Assembly: GCA_907165135.1 (NCBI GenBank)
Contig: OU015568.1
Coordinates: 9,114,001 to 9,178,000 of the forward strand
Length of the DNA: 64,000 bases
From: Oikopleura dioica
Taxonomy: Eukaryota; Animalia; Chordata
Direction: 5' to 3'
Shown: positions 32,968-44,629 of the stretch, piece after piece
Layout: each line of letters starts with the position of its first letter
Position numbering within the stretch: the first letter of the stretch is position 1
Notes under the pieces: model-generated
Told to the model about the DNA's origin: nothing
What the model saw: the letters and a program-made list of their open reading frames with translations, nothing else
Database searches by the model: none
Translations under genes and position numbers: made by a program

Positions 32968-34804
32968 ATGTTGCTTTTGCTCTTTTATAAATTTTTTATC
33001 ACAAAAGCTTCAAGTTGTCAATATTTTGACCTAAGTTGCAATCAAACACATGCGGTTCTCTCGCTAAATCAGACGTGTTACTCAGCGCTGGAACCCGCAT
33101 TCTCGACAAATTTTACGGACCTGTATGTTTCACCAACTGAGAACATTACTGCGAATACGGCGATTTCAAATGAGTGTCAGCTATCAAAGACATTAGAGAT
33201 CTCCTACGAAAAATGTTTCAATCAATCGACAGCTTTTATTCTTCATTATACAGAAATTGATGGTTTGAATATGTTTCTGTCGCCGGCACAAGAACTCTTC
33301 TGTAATAATACTGAAACAAATACTCAGACTCTGAATATGTCGAAAGAAGGTTTGAATCAAGGATCTGAGTGACACTGTTATAAAAATTTTTATAGCAAAA
33401 CTTTCTCGAAGTTTGATTACATCTGCCTCGATTCCTCGTGAAGCAGAAGTTATGTTAACTCTAAGAGGTTTGAAAGGGTCTTTTTAGATTCTTTTTCATC
33501 ATTTTAGGGGAGACAAACTTGGAGATACAATTACAATCGATGCTTCAACAGCGTCAATTGAACACGATGTCAATCTTGTTGACTGCGACATAAAAGTCGA
33601 CACTAAAACGTTTAACGTGATGAATGGTAAAAATCTTACTTCGACCGGAAATGTGCTTGGAGCGCGAAAAATATGCGACCATTCCTTCACCTTCCCCAGA
33701 TTTTCTACATCAACGAGCGTTGTAGATGCTGTAACGGTTGAATGTAAATCGGAATTGAAATCAAAGACGAGTGATACAGCCATGGTTCTGTCTGGAAAGA
33801 ACGGGCAATCGCAAATTAGTTTTTTGATTTCAGCCGACGGAACGGTTGAAGACCAGTTTTTCAAAACCCCAGCTGTTAGTGGAAACGATAACTATGTAGC
33901 TGGATCGAAATATGCGATCTTGAAAGGGATCGGATACTTGTTCGGAAGTACTGATAATTACAAGGTAACAATTCGTCGATAAATAAGGTTTTCTCATTGA
34001 CTTTCAGATTGCGATGCTTCACTGCTGCGAATTCGTTGAGCTCTCTGTCAGGCTCAATCTAAAAGTTCAGAGTCATTCGTCGATCCTGACTGTTGTTGAA
34101 CCAACGAAATCTTACAGTATGGAAGTTGACATGGATAAGTTTATTTTCATTTTTCAAGTTCTGATCTGTTTCGGCTCTGCACCAAATACGGACTGCGAAA
34201 TATTCGACGGAACTTCAGTAACTCAACTTGGCTTCCAATCAAATTACGATCACTACTCTGGCTGCCTTGTCTCGTACAATGGGACTCCAACTGCTGTCAA
34301 AAGCAAATACAGTGGTGGAAATCAAAAAGTCGAGATTCTCGGAGCTTCAAGTTGGACAGAAATTGCTGACCATCCGGGAGTGTCCTTTGCTCAAGGATGC
34401 GTGGAGGTTGAGAATGGGTTTTTGACTCTTGGCGGGAAGGATCCGTCGACTTCTGTGGACATTTTGGACATTCATCTTTTACGAAACGATGTTTGGTCGA
34501 ACGTTGGGACTCTTCAAAAGGTTTTTACAGAGGTCAGAACTTGCGCTAATATTTAAAATTTAGGGTGTGAAAGGACCGGGAGTGATCTCTTTTGGTCAGA
34601 AGATTCTTGTTGTTGGCGGTGTTGATCCAGATGGGTAAATCTCGTCGCGTTTTGGCTCACTATTTTGTCGATTTTAGAGCTGAAGTAGAATCACTGCAAT
34701 GGGATGGCAACAATGTGACAAGCAGTGAGATTATTTACAGTCTGACAGAGGCTTCTACACGACCGATGGTATTTAGGGCGTCAAGTGGCATGTGTCCTCC
34801 TTAG
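32968..34804 (+). CDS. Secreted protein with Cys-containing N-terminal region and C-terminal kelch-like repeats, spliced
   Basis: Signal-peptide-like MLLLLFYKFFITKASS. C-terminal GG/W repeats (VEILGASSWTEIADHP, FLTLGG..NDVWSNVGTL, ILVVGG). Confidence 0.6.
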
Positions 34805-35490
34805 ACCATTCTTTTTGATTTTCATTTACTGTTTTTTGTTATCTATTAATTTCCAAAATAAAATCAATACATAGACCTTGATTATAATAAATTATATGTA
34901 TTTTCGATCAAAGTCAACGTAATCAATGAAGATTCATTCGAAATAAAATCGATCTAAAAGTTGATTTTTCTCCTCGTTGATTTCATGATGCGGCTGTTGA
35001 TTATCATCAAGAATAAACCGCCTGAAAAAGTATGTTTGTGAGCTGAAGTGTATAAAATCGTTGTTGATTGCTGAATTTTTTAGATTGGCGTTGGTGGAGT
35101 CAGCACCACCGGGCTCTCGCCGGGCGATGTAGTAAAGTGTGGTGGCGAGTTTCCATGGTGGATGTTCGCGCCCGTGTGCGAATCTCACCGGCGTTTTACC
35201 GCGGTGTGGTGGCGACCGCGGTCTAGTAGCATAGGAGCTTCACGTGGTGTTCAGAGTTCTTGAGAGGCCAGGGCGACCCCCGCACACCGGTAGAATATAA
35301 AAAATATCGAGAAACGCCAGCAAAAAAAAAGAAAGAGAAACGAGAAAAACAAAAAGCGGCGAATCACCACCACCGCCCGCCACGGCACCACCGAATTAGC
35401 CTCCTTTTCAAGCTCCAATTTTATCAAGCGCGAGAAGAGTTACAGAAAGAGTGACTAACTGTAAGAAAAAAAGCAAATAAGAGAAAAGAA

Positions 35491-38400
35491 ATGGGAGGCG
35501 TGGTGAGCTCGGAGGACGAGAGCAGAAAAAGGGATGAAGAGGACGAATCAGAAGATGAAGATTCTATAGAAGACTCTGATGGTAGGAGATTTTCATGTTT
35601 TATGTTATAGTTTTTAGATTTTAATGGTAGGTGAAGACGAGTATTACGGGCAGTAGCTATTATTGATCTGTCAAATCTTATCAGCATAAAAAACTTATAT
35701 TCATTTAAAAGTAACAAAATTTATGGTTTGTTCATTTTCTCTTACATGAAAATGACTACGTCATCGATGACGTATGCCAGCATCTGAGATTTTTTTTCGA
35801 GAAGTTATTAGTCGCCTTCATTGCCGCCTCGCTATTGGTGAAATTACTCACTCAGAATTTCATTTTTTCAAAAGAGGAAGTCCAGAGCACGTGCTGCTTT
35901 TTTTCCCAGAGAATTTTTTTTTCGCATTTTTTTGTTTCCACAATTTTACTCTTATTGTTCAACTATCAATTACTAGATCAATTACTAGATATTGATGTCA
36001 TTTTACTGATTATTTTACTGAGATTCTAAAATTGGGTTTTTTCAGACTCCGGCGACAGCTCAGAAGAAGAAGACGACTCTGAGGAAGAAGATTCCGACGA
36101 CGATTCTGACGAGGACGGGGAGTTAATAGAAGAAGTCGATTCTGACACGAGTTTTTTCGGCGAATCGGACACGACAGATTCGTCTGATGAAGATTCGGAG
36201 GACGAGGATGACTTTATCAAGCGAGAGGTTATCATCACGTGAGTAGTCGAATTTTCCTCTCAATGTACTGATCCTTGATTTTCAGTGAAAACATGCTCGT
36301 TGGATTCGGTCTGCCGCTGCTGGAGATCAAGGCCAAAGTTGGAGCCGGTTATTTAGACAGGTAACTTTATTGGACCCTCAGTTATTATTCTTGATTATTG
36401 ATTCGCCAATGAAATCATTTCTTTACGGCGTATTTCAGATTTGAATTGACTGCTGGTTCTCGATCCGTCGCCGGCGAAAAACAGATCTCCCTTTACGATG
36501 AACTATGTGGCTGGTTTTCAACGGAATTCCTCCCCGGCGGAGGAGCCCTAAATGTGGTCCGGGTAGCACAGGTAAATTCACTGACATCCGGGTTTCAGTA
36601 TGAACACCGTCACAGTTTCCATCAACCAAGGCGTGATTCCAGAAAGCTCCCTTCATTTTTAACCGGAGCATTGACCGAACACCGCTCTAACTCTATTTTT
36701 CTAGTGGATGCTTCCTCTCCCCAAAGTCACCTCCATCATCGGCGCCGTGGGAGCTGATGCTAATGGCAAGCGTATTTCCGAAGCCTGCGCCGCTGCCGGC
36801 ATCGTGCCCCTCTTTTACGAGCAAGAAAGCGACTCCACCGGCTGTGTGGCGAAATTGTCCGTCGATTCCAGCAGCGTTACTCAAATTACTCACCTGTCAG
36901 CAGGAAACGCTTACTCCAAACAAAGACACTTGGACTTGGGTAAGTGGCCGCTACGCTAGTTCTAGTCGCCGGTAAACCAGAGCCAAGGTTCAACTGATTT
37001 ATTCAGAGGAGAATTGGAACCGAGTCAAGGAAGCTGAATACTTTTTCATTCCCGGCCTTTTCCTAACAGGTAAAAAACAAGAAAAAATAACCAGTTCCGA
37101 TCCCCGATTCTAGTTTGTCCTGAAACAGCACTGGCAGTCGGTGAGATGTCCTCTGAAAAGGGAAAAACCTTCGCGCTAACACTTGGAAATCCCCAGCTCT
37201 GCCGACTGTACAAAGACACTCAACTGGCAGTCCTTCGATACGTCGACTTTTTGTTCACCAATGCAGAGGTAAGACCCCAATTAAACCTCAGTGGTACTTT
37301 TGATCATTTTTTTCGTCTAGTAGCCTAGTTACACGTGGAAAAGGTTAATCATCCGGCACAATAACGCCACGTCTAAAACAATGGGCTCTTTTGTCGATTT
37401 CTTTTTTTTTTCTTTTCGGCGATTAGAAGTGGAGTCTATTCTTAATACTATCAGTACATTAGTTGTCGTTTCTGCTTATTTTGGATACATGCATATAGAG
37501 AACGATATGCGTCTTTTGGAGGAATTAGACTTGAGATATCCTGACTAGTTTATACTTTTTATATGTAACCGGCATTAGCACTGGTATCGAAGCAGGTGCC
37601 AGTGGGGGCGGTCGGTCCTTCTAATTTTCGCCCAGCGCCGTCTGCGTTTTGCGCTGCCCCCAGGGACGGGCGCGTTTGTCAAGTTCAGGCTCTTCTGCTG
37701 CTGCCCGCCGCATTTTGGGTTTCCCTCTTTCCGGGAGCACAGAGCTGCTAAAAAGAGGGGACCAAAAGGCGGCGATTTTCTCACCTCGTCCGCTCCCCCC
37801 AAACGTGGCCCAACAAAGCCCTACCATCCCCCAGAACCCCGATTAAAACTCCCAAAAGAAACAGAAGAGTAGGTTAACCCCTGACTCGCCAAACCAACCC
37901 ACGCCCCATGGATGCCCCGGACTCGCATCAGAGAGATACCACTTGCGAGAGCTTACTTTTACCAACCGTTTCAGTTCTTGAAAATTTAGCAAGAGAGAAT
38001 CCACGAGGAGGAAATCAATGAAGAGAAACCCGAACCCACTTTTCTCCCTGAGGGAGACTCCCTCTAAAAACTCAGATCGGCTTGGTGTCGTTGAGGTAGT
38101 GGTTGTAATAGCTCAAGAACTATTAATAAAAAACTACTGAGCGCTATTCCACAATCTACTTCTCCATCACCGATCCACAATCGACTCCATCCCCTAATTT
38201 TCCTCAGAATGCAAAAAAAAGAGACAAAGAGAGAGAGAGAGAGCGCGATAAATATACGAGTGGGATCGTTAAAGAACATGACACAATGAGGTAGTGGACT
38301 GTTTAGGAAGGACAATATTAAAAATAACAATTCCTAAACTTCGCACTAACTCGTTCAGTCGCCCACACCATCGACCATAGCGAGCGTTACGAATCGCCCG

Positions 38401-39158
38401 GGCCCCGCGGGCAGGCACCTGCATGTTTATGCAGAAGAATCTTGACAACAAGCCCATTTCCCCATCTCAGAAGAATATCCCAAAAATACAAAAACAAAAC
38501 CTCCATCCAGGAGCGCTAAATAATCGATACATGTTTAATTAATAACCCAAATCAGAGTCAAATCAAATTCATTCCTCCCATAAAAAAGAACACCGAGTAT
38601 AACTGTATAAATTACAGTAAGCAAGACAAAAGAGCCTCTATTAACATGAGTGTAGCGGGAAATTGAATAATTGATGAGAGAACATTTTGAAAATGATAAT
38701 TTTTCAGACTGCCGTGGCCTTTGCCCAAGAAAATGAGTTTGAAACGACAGATCTTGCAGAAATTGCGCGAAAAATGTGCCTTCTGCCCAAGGTCAACTCG
38801 AACAAACCGCGCGTAGTCGTCATTACACAGGTATAATCGTCAATGCATCGTTACAGTACCTTACTGTCTTCATCAGGGAGTTGGGCCGACAGTAGTTGCT
38901 CGAGGATACGATGAAGTGCACGAATTCGAAGTGGACGTGATCGAGAGCAGTTCTGATCCTTCAGGCCTCGGCGATTTCTTCATCGGAGGTTTGATCTCAT
39001 TCCCTATTCATTTGGTGATGTTAATTTCTAATTAAGGTTTCCTCGCTCAATTAGTGCAAGGCCACGGACTTGAACGATGCGTGGAAGGAGGCCACTTCAC
39101 CGCCCAGGAACTTCTGCAAAACGGAAACGAACTAGCCGGCGCTTGTCCCTTCGAATAA
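35491..39158 (+). CDS. Adenosine-kinase-like PfkB protein with an acidic N-terminal extension, spliced
   Basis: ENMLVGFGLPLLEI, PGGGALNVVRVAQWML, GAVGADANG, TGCVA, YVDFLFTNAE, LPKVNSNKPRVVVITQG and DPSGLGDFFIGGFLAQL are collinear with ADK. The first two exons encode D/E/S tracts. Confidence 0.85.
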
Positions 39159-40749
39159 CTCAAAAAGCAACAATAGCAAGTCAGTTCAACCCCATTTATC
39201 GTGCCCAAAATACGCGAAAAAACTATCAATGATCTACCTCACTAAAATATGATGATGCATTTTACTGTACTCGAGCTACTCGACTGTCATTTCTCGTGTC
39301 ATCGAGTCTAACACCATATTCATATTTATTTATATAGAAGCCTAAAAATAGTATATTTTGCCTATCAAATGAAGAATCTTGTTTACCTGCTCTCTTTTAC
39401 CTATATCCACATTACCTAAACTTTCAACACTTTCTGTACGATTATCCAAATACTTGCCTTTCAAAATAAATCCAACAAGAATAAAACTTAATCCTTTCTC
39501 TCTGAACATGGCTAAAATCAGTTGACTTGAACTGGCGATTTGCTAAATCGAAGCCCGGAATCCGGATTTTTCACGGAAACGGGAGCAAAGTCCGGCAACA
39601 GGCGCTAGTCCAAGTGGAAAATATCAAATCTCGAATTGGAAAGCGTTCAAGTCCTTTTTTTTCTCAAAGGCGGAAAGGATCCCCTTGTAGAGGTCAGAAT
39701 ATATCTCAGGTCAAAATAAGCAGTTGCGGTTTGACTTTCTTTTGGCTGAAGACTTTGGTTTCCAAGAGGGAGTATTAATATCTCTTCTTTTATTTCAAAA
39801 TAAACCGAGCTGGGAGGGACAGATTTCATCTTGGATTTGAGAGGCATTTGTATTGGAAATACCGGTTGGTTGAACCGGTCGGATGAAGTGGCGATCTTGC
39901 GCAACCAAAATAGTCATTTCGCTCGAAAGGGTGATTTACAAATCAATTCTCCAGCCACCTTTTTATCGAACACCACAACAGTTCTTCTGTCGTTGATACT
40001 TTGCCATAATCTCTGTTGTTGGCAAAAATAACGATGATAACGAAGATGCAAGCTTGAACGAGGAAGAACTGTGGAGAATTTCATAATTGGATGAGCTTGT
40101 AATGAGATGAAATTGGGGCGGCGTGGAGACAATTCCGAGAAATTCAAGGTCAGATCGGTATCGTGACCGAGTTCGGAGAAAGTCAATTTTATGACCTGTG
40201 TTTGGCCTTGATCCGAGATCAAATCGATTTATAGTACTCTTGATCAAAACAGTTTATCAGAAAATGCTGATCTTGAGAATTTCTTGAAAGACCCAAGTTA
40301 GAATTTGGATTTAAAGTGAACTCATTCGCTGTCAGATACCTTATCAAAATACTTTTTAGCTATGATAAAAAAATTTCATTTCACTAAAATAAGAAGCTGT
40401 TTACTTCCCAATTGAATGCTCCGATCCTGTTTTGAGTCAAGAAAATGTGAATAAGTCTCGATGTCATTCAAGCAAATACCGTATTTGAAATACGAAGTCT
40501 GAGTAAAGAATCCTCAAAGGAAACAAGCTACACCTTGCCACTAATGATTCTAGCTTCCAGGAAGTGTGTGTAGCACCTGTTTTTAACAGCGCGCACCTTG
40601 ACTTTTCGAATCCGGCGCGCCTGTTGCTCCCTCGCGCGCCTCCTCCCTCCGAGTATTTAACTTCCGCTGCCAAGGTCTTCTCCATCAATCAACCGTTTGG
40701 TTTTCAATATTTACTCACTTGCGAATCCGAGAAAAACTAACTAGAAGCC

Positions 40750-41235
40750 ATGAACATAGTCGTTGTTTTCCAACTCGTCGCCGTCATCTCGGCTCGATCC
40801 TTCCACCACTTCTGCAGCAACCACCAAATGAAGAACCTCATCAACTTGTCTAATGTTGTCAAGCAAGTCTACGAAAACGACATTCTTGAGAGAAAAGTCT
40901 TCAGCAGCCGACGACGACGACACCACCCAGTTAACGTCAATGCTCCGATCGATGAGTTCTTCGTCTCTCTCGAATCCGAACTCAGCATGCTTCAACGAGA
41001 GCTTGAATACACCCCTTCTGAAATGGTCGTCTTCACTACTATCGCCGATACAGTTCGAGTTATGAACGATCTTGTCCGACAAGAATTGACAAAGAAAGAG
41101 TTGGCCATTTCCGACACTGTCCGATCGCACAAAAAGCTAGGAGTTAACTCTGAATTCGTCCGGGAGCGCGTTTCTTTGAAGCTCTCCAAGCTTGTTAATA
41201 GCTTTCTCTCTATCAAAGCCCAGTGCAACTTGTAA
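40750..41235 (+). CDS. Intronless secreted helical protein (161 aa) of unknown family
   Basis: Clean ORF with a signal-like N-terminus, an RRRR site, one Cys near each end of the mature region, and AATAAA downstream near 41319. Confidence 0.7.
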   Translation: MNIVVVFQLVAVISARSFHHFCSNHQMKNLINLSNVVKQVYENDILERKVFSSRRRRHHPVNVNAPIDEFFVSLESELSMLQRELEYTPSEMVVFTTIADTVRVMNDLVRQELTKKELAISDTVRSHKKLGVNSEFVRERVSLKLSKLVNSFLSIKAQCNL

Positions 41236-41925
41236 ATTTGTCCGTTACTGTATATTTCCTTGCACATTCTGTTTATAACTGTATATTTTCACTGGTGTAG
41301 ATTTTTAATATATATTTTAATAAATTCGAAAAATTGAAATTTGACGCTTTATTCTTTTATTTATCTGAGAGCTTCTGAATTAAAGAACTTCAGCAACGGA
41401 AGACTTAATATTTACTCTCTGCAGTTTTGTATATGTGGTTTGCAGCAATAAAATACAACGAGTATATGTTCTATCGCTCTCGTTGCTTACTCAAACAATC
41501 ATAATCCCATCGTCTTTTGTCGCTATCCATAAAAATGGACGATTTCGGAAATAGCACCGAGAGATCCATGTCTGCCAAGGGCAAGGCCCCAGTAGCAACG
41601 GGCCCAAAGGGCACACGGCACATTACAGCCTCGCTCCGCGTGAAAACAGAAATGCCCAAAAATTCCAAGTCCAAGGTTGTTCAAGAGAGACAAGTGACGA
41701 AAACGCCGCTGGATCTATTTAACGCAATGCCTTATTGTCAGGTAAATGTCTATTTATTTGAATTATTCTAATAGATAATTGGAAAAGCAACAAGAAGAAA
41801 AGTACCGCCGATCGAAAGAAGAAAAGTCCAATGACGATTATGGATCGGTCAAGTTTCCTGGCGAATTCGGTATACGACGAATTACACATCAACTCGTACA
41901 AAGTTAGAAATAAAGTGAATTGAAA

Positions 41926-44316
41926 TTATTCGTAAACGGAGAAGTCGAAGTTTTTGAAATCTTTTTGTCGAATTGTTGCGTCAGAGTCAGTTCTTTTGCT
42001 GGTTATATTTTGTATGATCAAGGCGGCTTTCATGGTTTTAACCAGTTCCTAAGAGATTGCGGATCATCCAGCCCAAATTCAGGCGGAGCGAAATCGATTG
42101 GAGAATCTTGTTCGTGGAGATTTTCGAACTCGATGTCTTCGAAAAACGAGGTGCGCTTCAGTTTTCTTGCTGATGCGCGCTCTTTCGGTGCCGTTTTCAA
42201 TGCTTTTACAAGCAGTTCTTTTGCGTCTGATTCTATTGTATCGCCGTCCAGCTCGAATTCGAGTGTTTTCTTAAGATTGAGAATAGAAATTTAAAATCAG
42301 CAGATTTAAGTCATCAATTGATATGAAATAGGTCTGTTTATATTTTACCTGTTTGAGTGAGGTAGAGTCTTCAGCCTCAATCATAAGTTTCTTCTCCGTC
42401 ATTTCATAAATCAACACTCCGAAAGCCCATACATCAGCTTTAATGCCATACCTGGCGCCAGAATAAACCTCAGGCGCAATGTAGCCATGGGATCCGCAAA
42501 GCGTTGTGGTTTTGTGATCCTCAGATTGAGACAGATCTTTCGACATGTTAAAATCAGCAAGTTTTGCGTGAAGACGGCCAGTAATCAGAATGTTTCCAGG
42601 TTTAATGTCGCGATGAATTATGTAGATACCGTGGAGAAATTCAATGGCACAAATGATCTGATTTCTGTTTTCAAAATATAAATATTCTATGACCCTATCT
42701 CCTATCCAAAAATAGAGGTCTTGTTGAAATATACCTAACCTTCTGCAGAAGCTAAGAAAACTTTCCTCGGCAAGAATAAATTTCGCAGATGTGCCCGATA
42801 TGTTACCTTCGTAGAACTCTGAAAAAAGCTCAAGATTTTACTTTCTTCATTTTTTACCATAAAGATCGAGCAGACTGCCAACCTCGCAGAGTTCAAGCTC
42901 AAAGTACAAATTTTCCGTATCTTGGAAGGCCCTATAAAGCTCAACAATGTACGGCGATCCTTTAATCATCACATCCCGTTCAGCGAAAACGTCGTTGATC
43001 GCACCACTCGAAGCGACTTTCAATTTGCTCATGCACTTCACGGCCACTTTTTCGTCGTCGTCGTTGATTGCAAGTAGAACTTGTCCAAAAAACCCATTTG
43101 AAATTGCTCCTAATGCATTTTTTATAAATGCAACTCTTTTAATCTTTTATTTACCTTGAATGTTAAAATCAGTGATAGCAGTTCCAGATTCTTCTCCTTC
43201 ATCACTTAATATTACTTAAAAAACACTTTCAATCTTCTGTCCCATACTCATCCATTTCTTCCCAGATCTGTTCAAGTTTTTCCTTTGAATATCCAACAGG
43301 AATATTATAAAACACCGACTCGGTTTTTCCCAACAATCTAAACCACCCATCCGCCGGATTTTTCATCAGCTCATTTCCTGAAATCGAGAATCCGCCAATA
43401 AGATCATCATCCGAAAACCCATCCCAATCATACACTTCAATAAGCACTCGACAAGCTGTATCAGCGGTGTCAAGGAAAACGGTCAGTTTTTCATTCCAGT
43501 TCGGGTTGAGCGTTTTCTTCCTTGTTCGCGTTTTTGAACCATCTGACCAACCACTCCCTCGATGGTAGGAGGATATTTTTACGTAAGGATCCGATTTTCC
43601 ATTCACGTCCATTGCGGTGATGTGTTTTGCTTCATGAACATGTACTGTCAATCTACTGTCGTCGAAATAAGTCTGAAAGAACATTGATGCTCGATGTTTT
43701 TATGCAACATTTATTTTCACCGTAATACGCAATGTTCCCCGTAATTGATCACCAGCCATGCCGCAAGTAGAAGGAATGAAATTCAAGCAATCTTTGTGCG
43801 CCCTGATGCCACAGTGCGCGCAATGAAAGACTTTATTTTCATACATAACCCCGCACTGATCGCATTGCGCCGGGTTCTTAACGACGCGCTCTCGGTACTC
43901 GTGAACAGTTGAGCCCTCGGCGGCGCGCCCATGATCGACGCCTGGGCAGTCGAAGATTATCTGCGCGAAAAAGGTTGAACAACAATGCTTTTAGTCACAT
44001 GGCGCAATATAAGCGGCTTGACCTTTTTGCCTGGGAGATGCAGGATTTATGAATAAGCACGTTGCATGCTCGGCAACGGAACGCATCGTTGCCGAAAATG
44101 TAATCGTCGCAGTAGTCGCAGAAGATCGGAAGTTTGAGCATCGTTTCGTTACATTCATGCCCCCGGACGGAGCGAACATCGCGCTTTCGTATCTTATCTC
44201 TGCTATATTTTTGGGATGATTGTTTAAATTTCACGTTTCTCTCTCTTTTTTTTTGTTAAAACAGTTTATTGCTAGCTTGCAATCCCTCTCCTTTTCATCT
44301 GATACCTCCTTCCCAT
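41926..44316 (-). CDS. Divergent conventional-type protein kinase C (C1-C1-C2-kinase-AGC tail), spliced; start approximate
   Basis: Two C1 domains (H..CDYC..CRAC..HKSC; H..CDQC..CAHC..HKDC). C2 domain with MDVNGKSDPYVK and VYDWD. Kinase motifs VAVK, HRDIKPGN, DFN, CGSHGYIAPE and DVWAFG. Tail FKNFDF. Confidence 0.88.
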
Positions 44317-44629
44317 GGCAAGTGCTTTTCTACTAAGACCCATTTGAGCAAATCTGTTTCTATGAATTTTAAACTCTTGCACTTCTATAATTCAGGTTCG
44401 CCCGCACAGTTTGTAGAAATATTGTTTTATTGCGAATCTTGATTCTTGCGCAGAATATGTTTCACACACAATCATGTTAGTCGTGTGTATGATCGAGTAT
44501 TTATGTTGATTATTATGTACAGTAAGATGTATAAAAGATGTACAGGCGATTCAATTTTCAAGTTTCAGTTTTTGAATATTCATATTGTTCTTGAAGTGAA
44601 TATGAATTCCGTTGGATGAGAAGAGTACT

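Noticed and set aside
35090-35415. GTGGTGGCG/CACCACC motif cluster with short palindromes
   Set aside because: Probably a decayed MITE, but its termini and TSD could not be defined.
39480-40250. Overlapping minus-strand ORFs of 85-102 aa
   Set aside because: May be a spliced orphan gene, but there is no motif or clear splice model to support a call.
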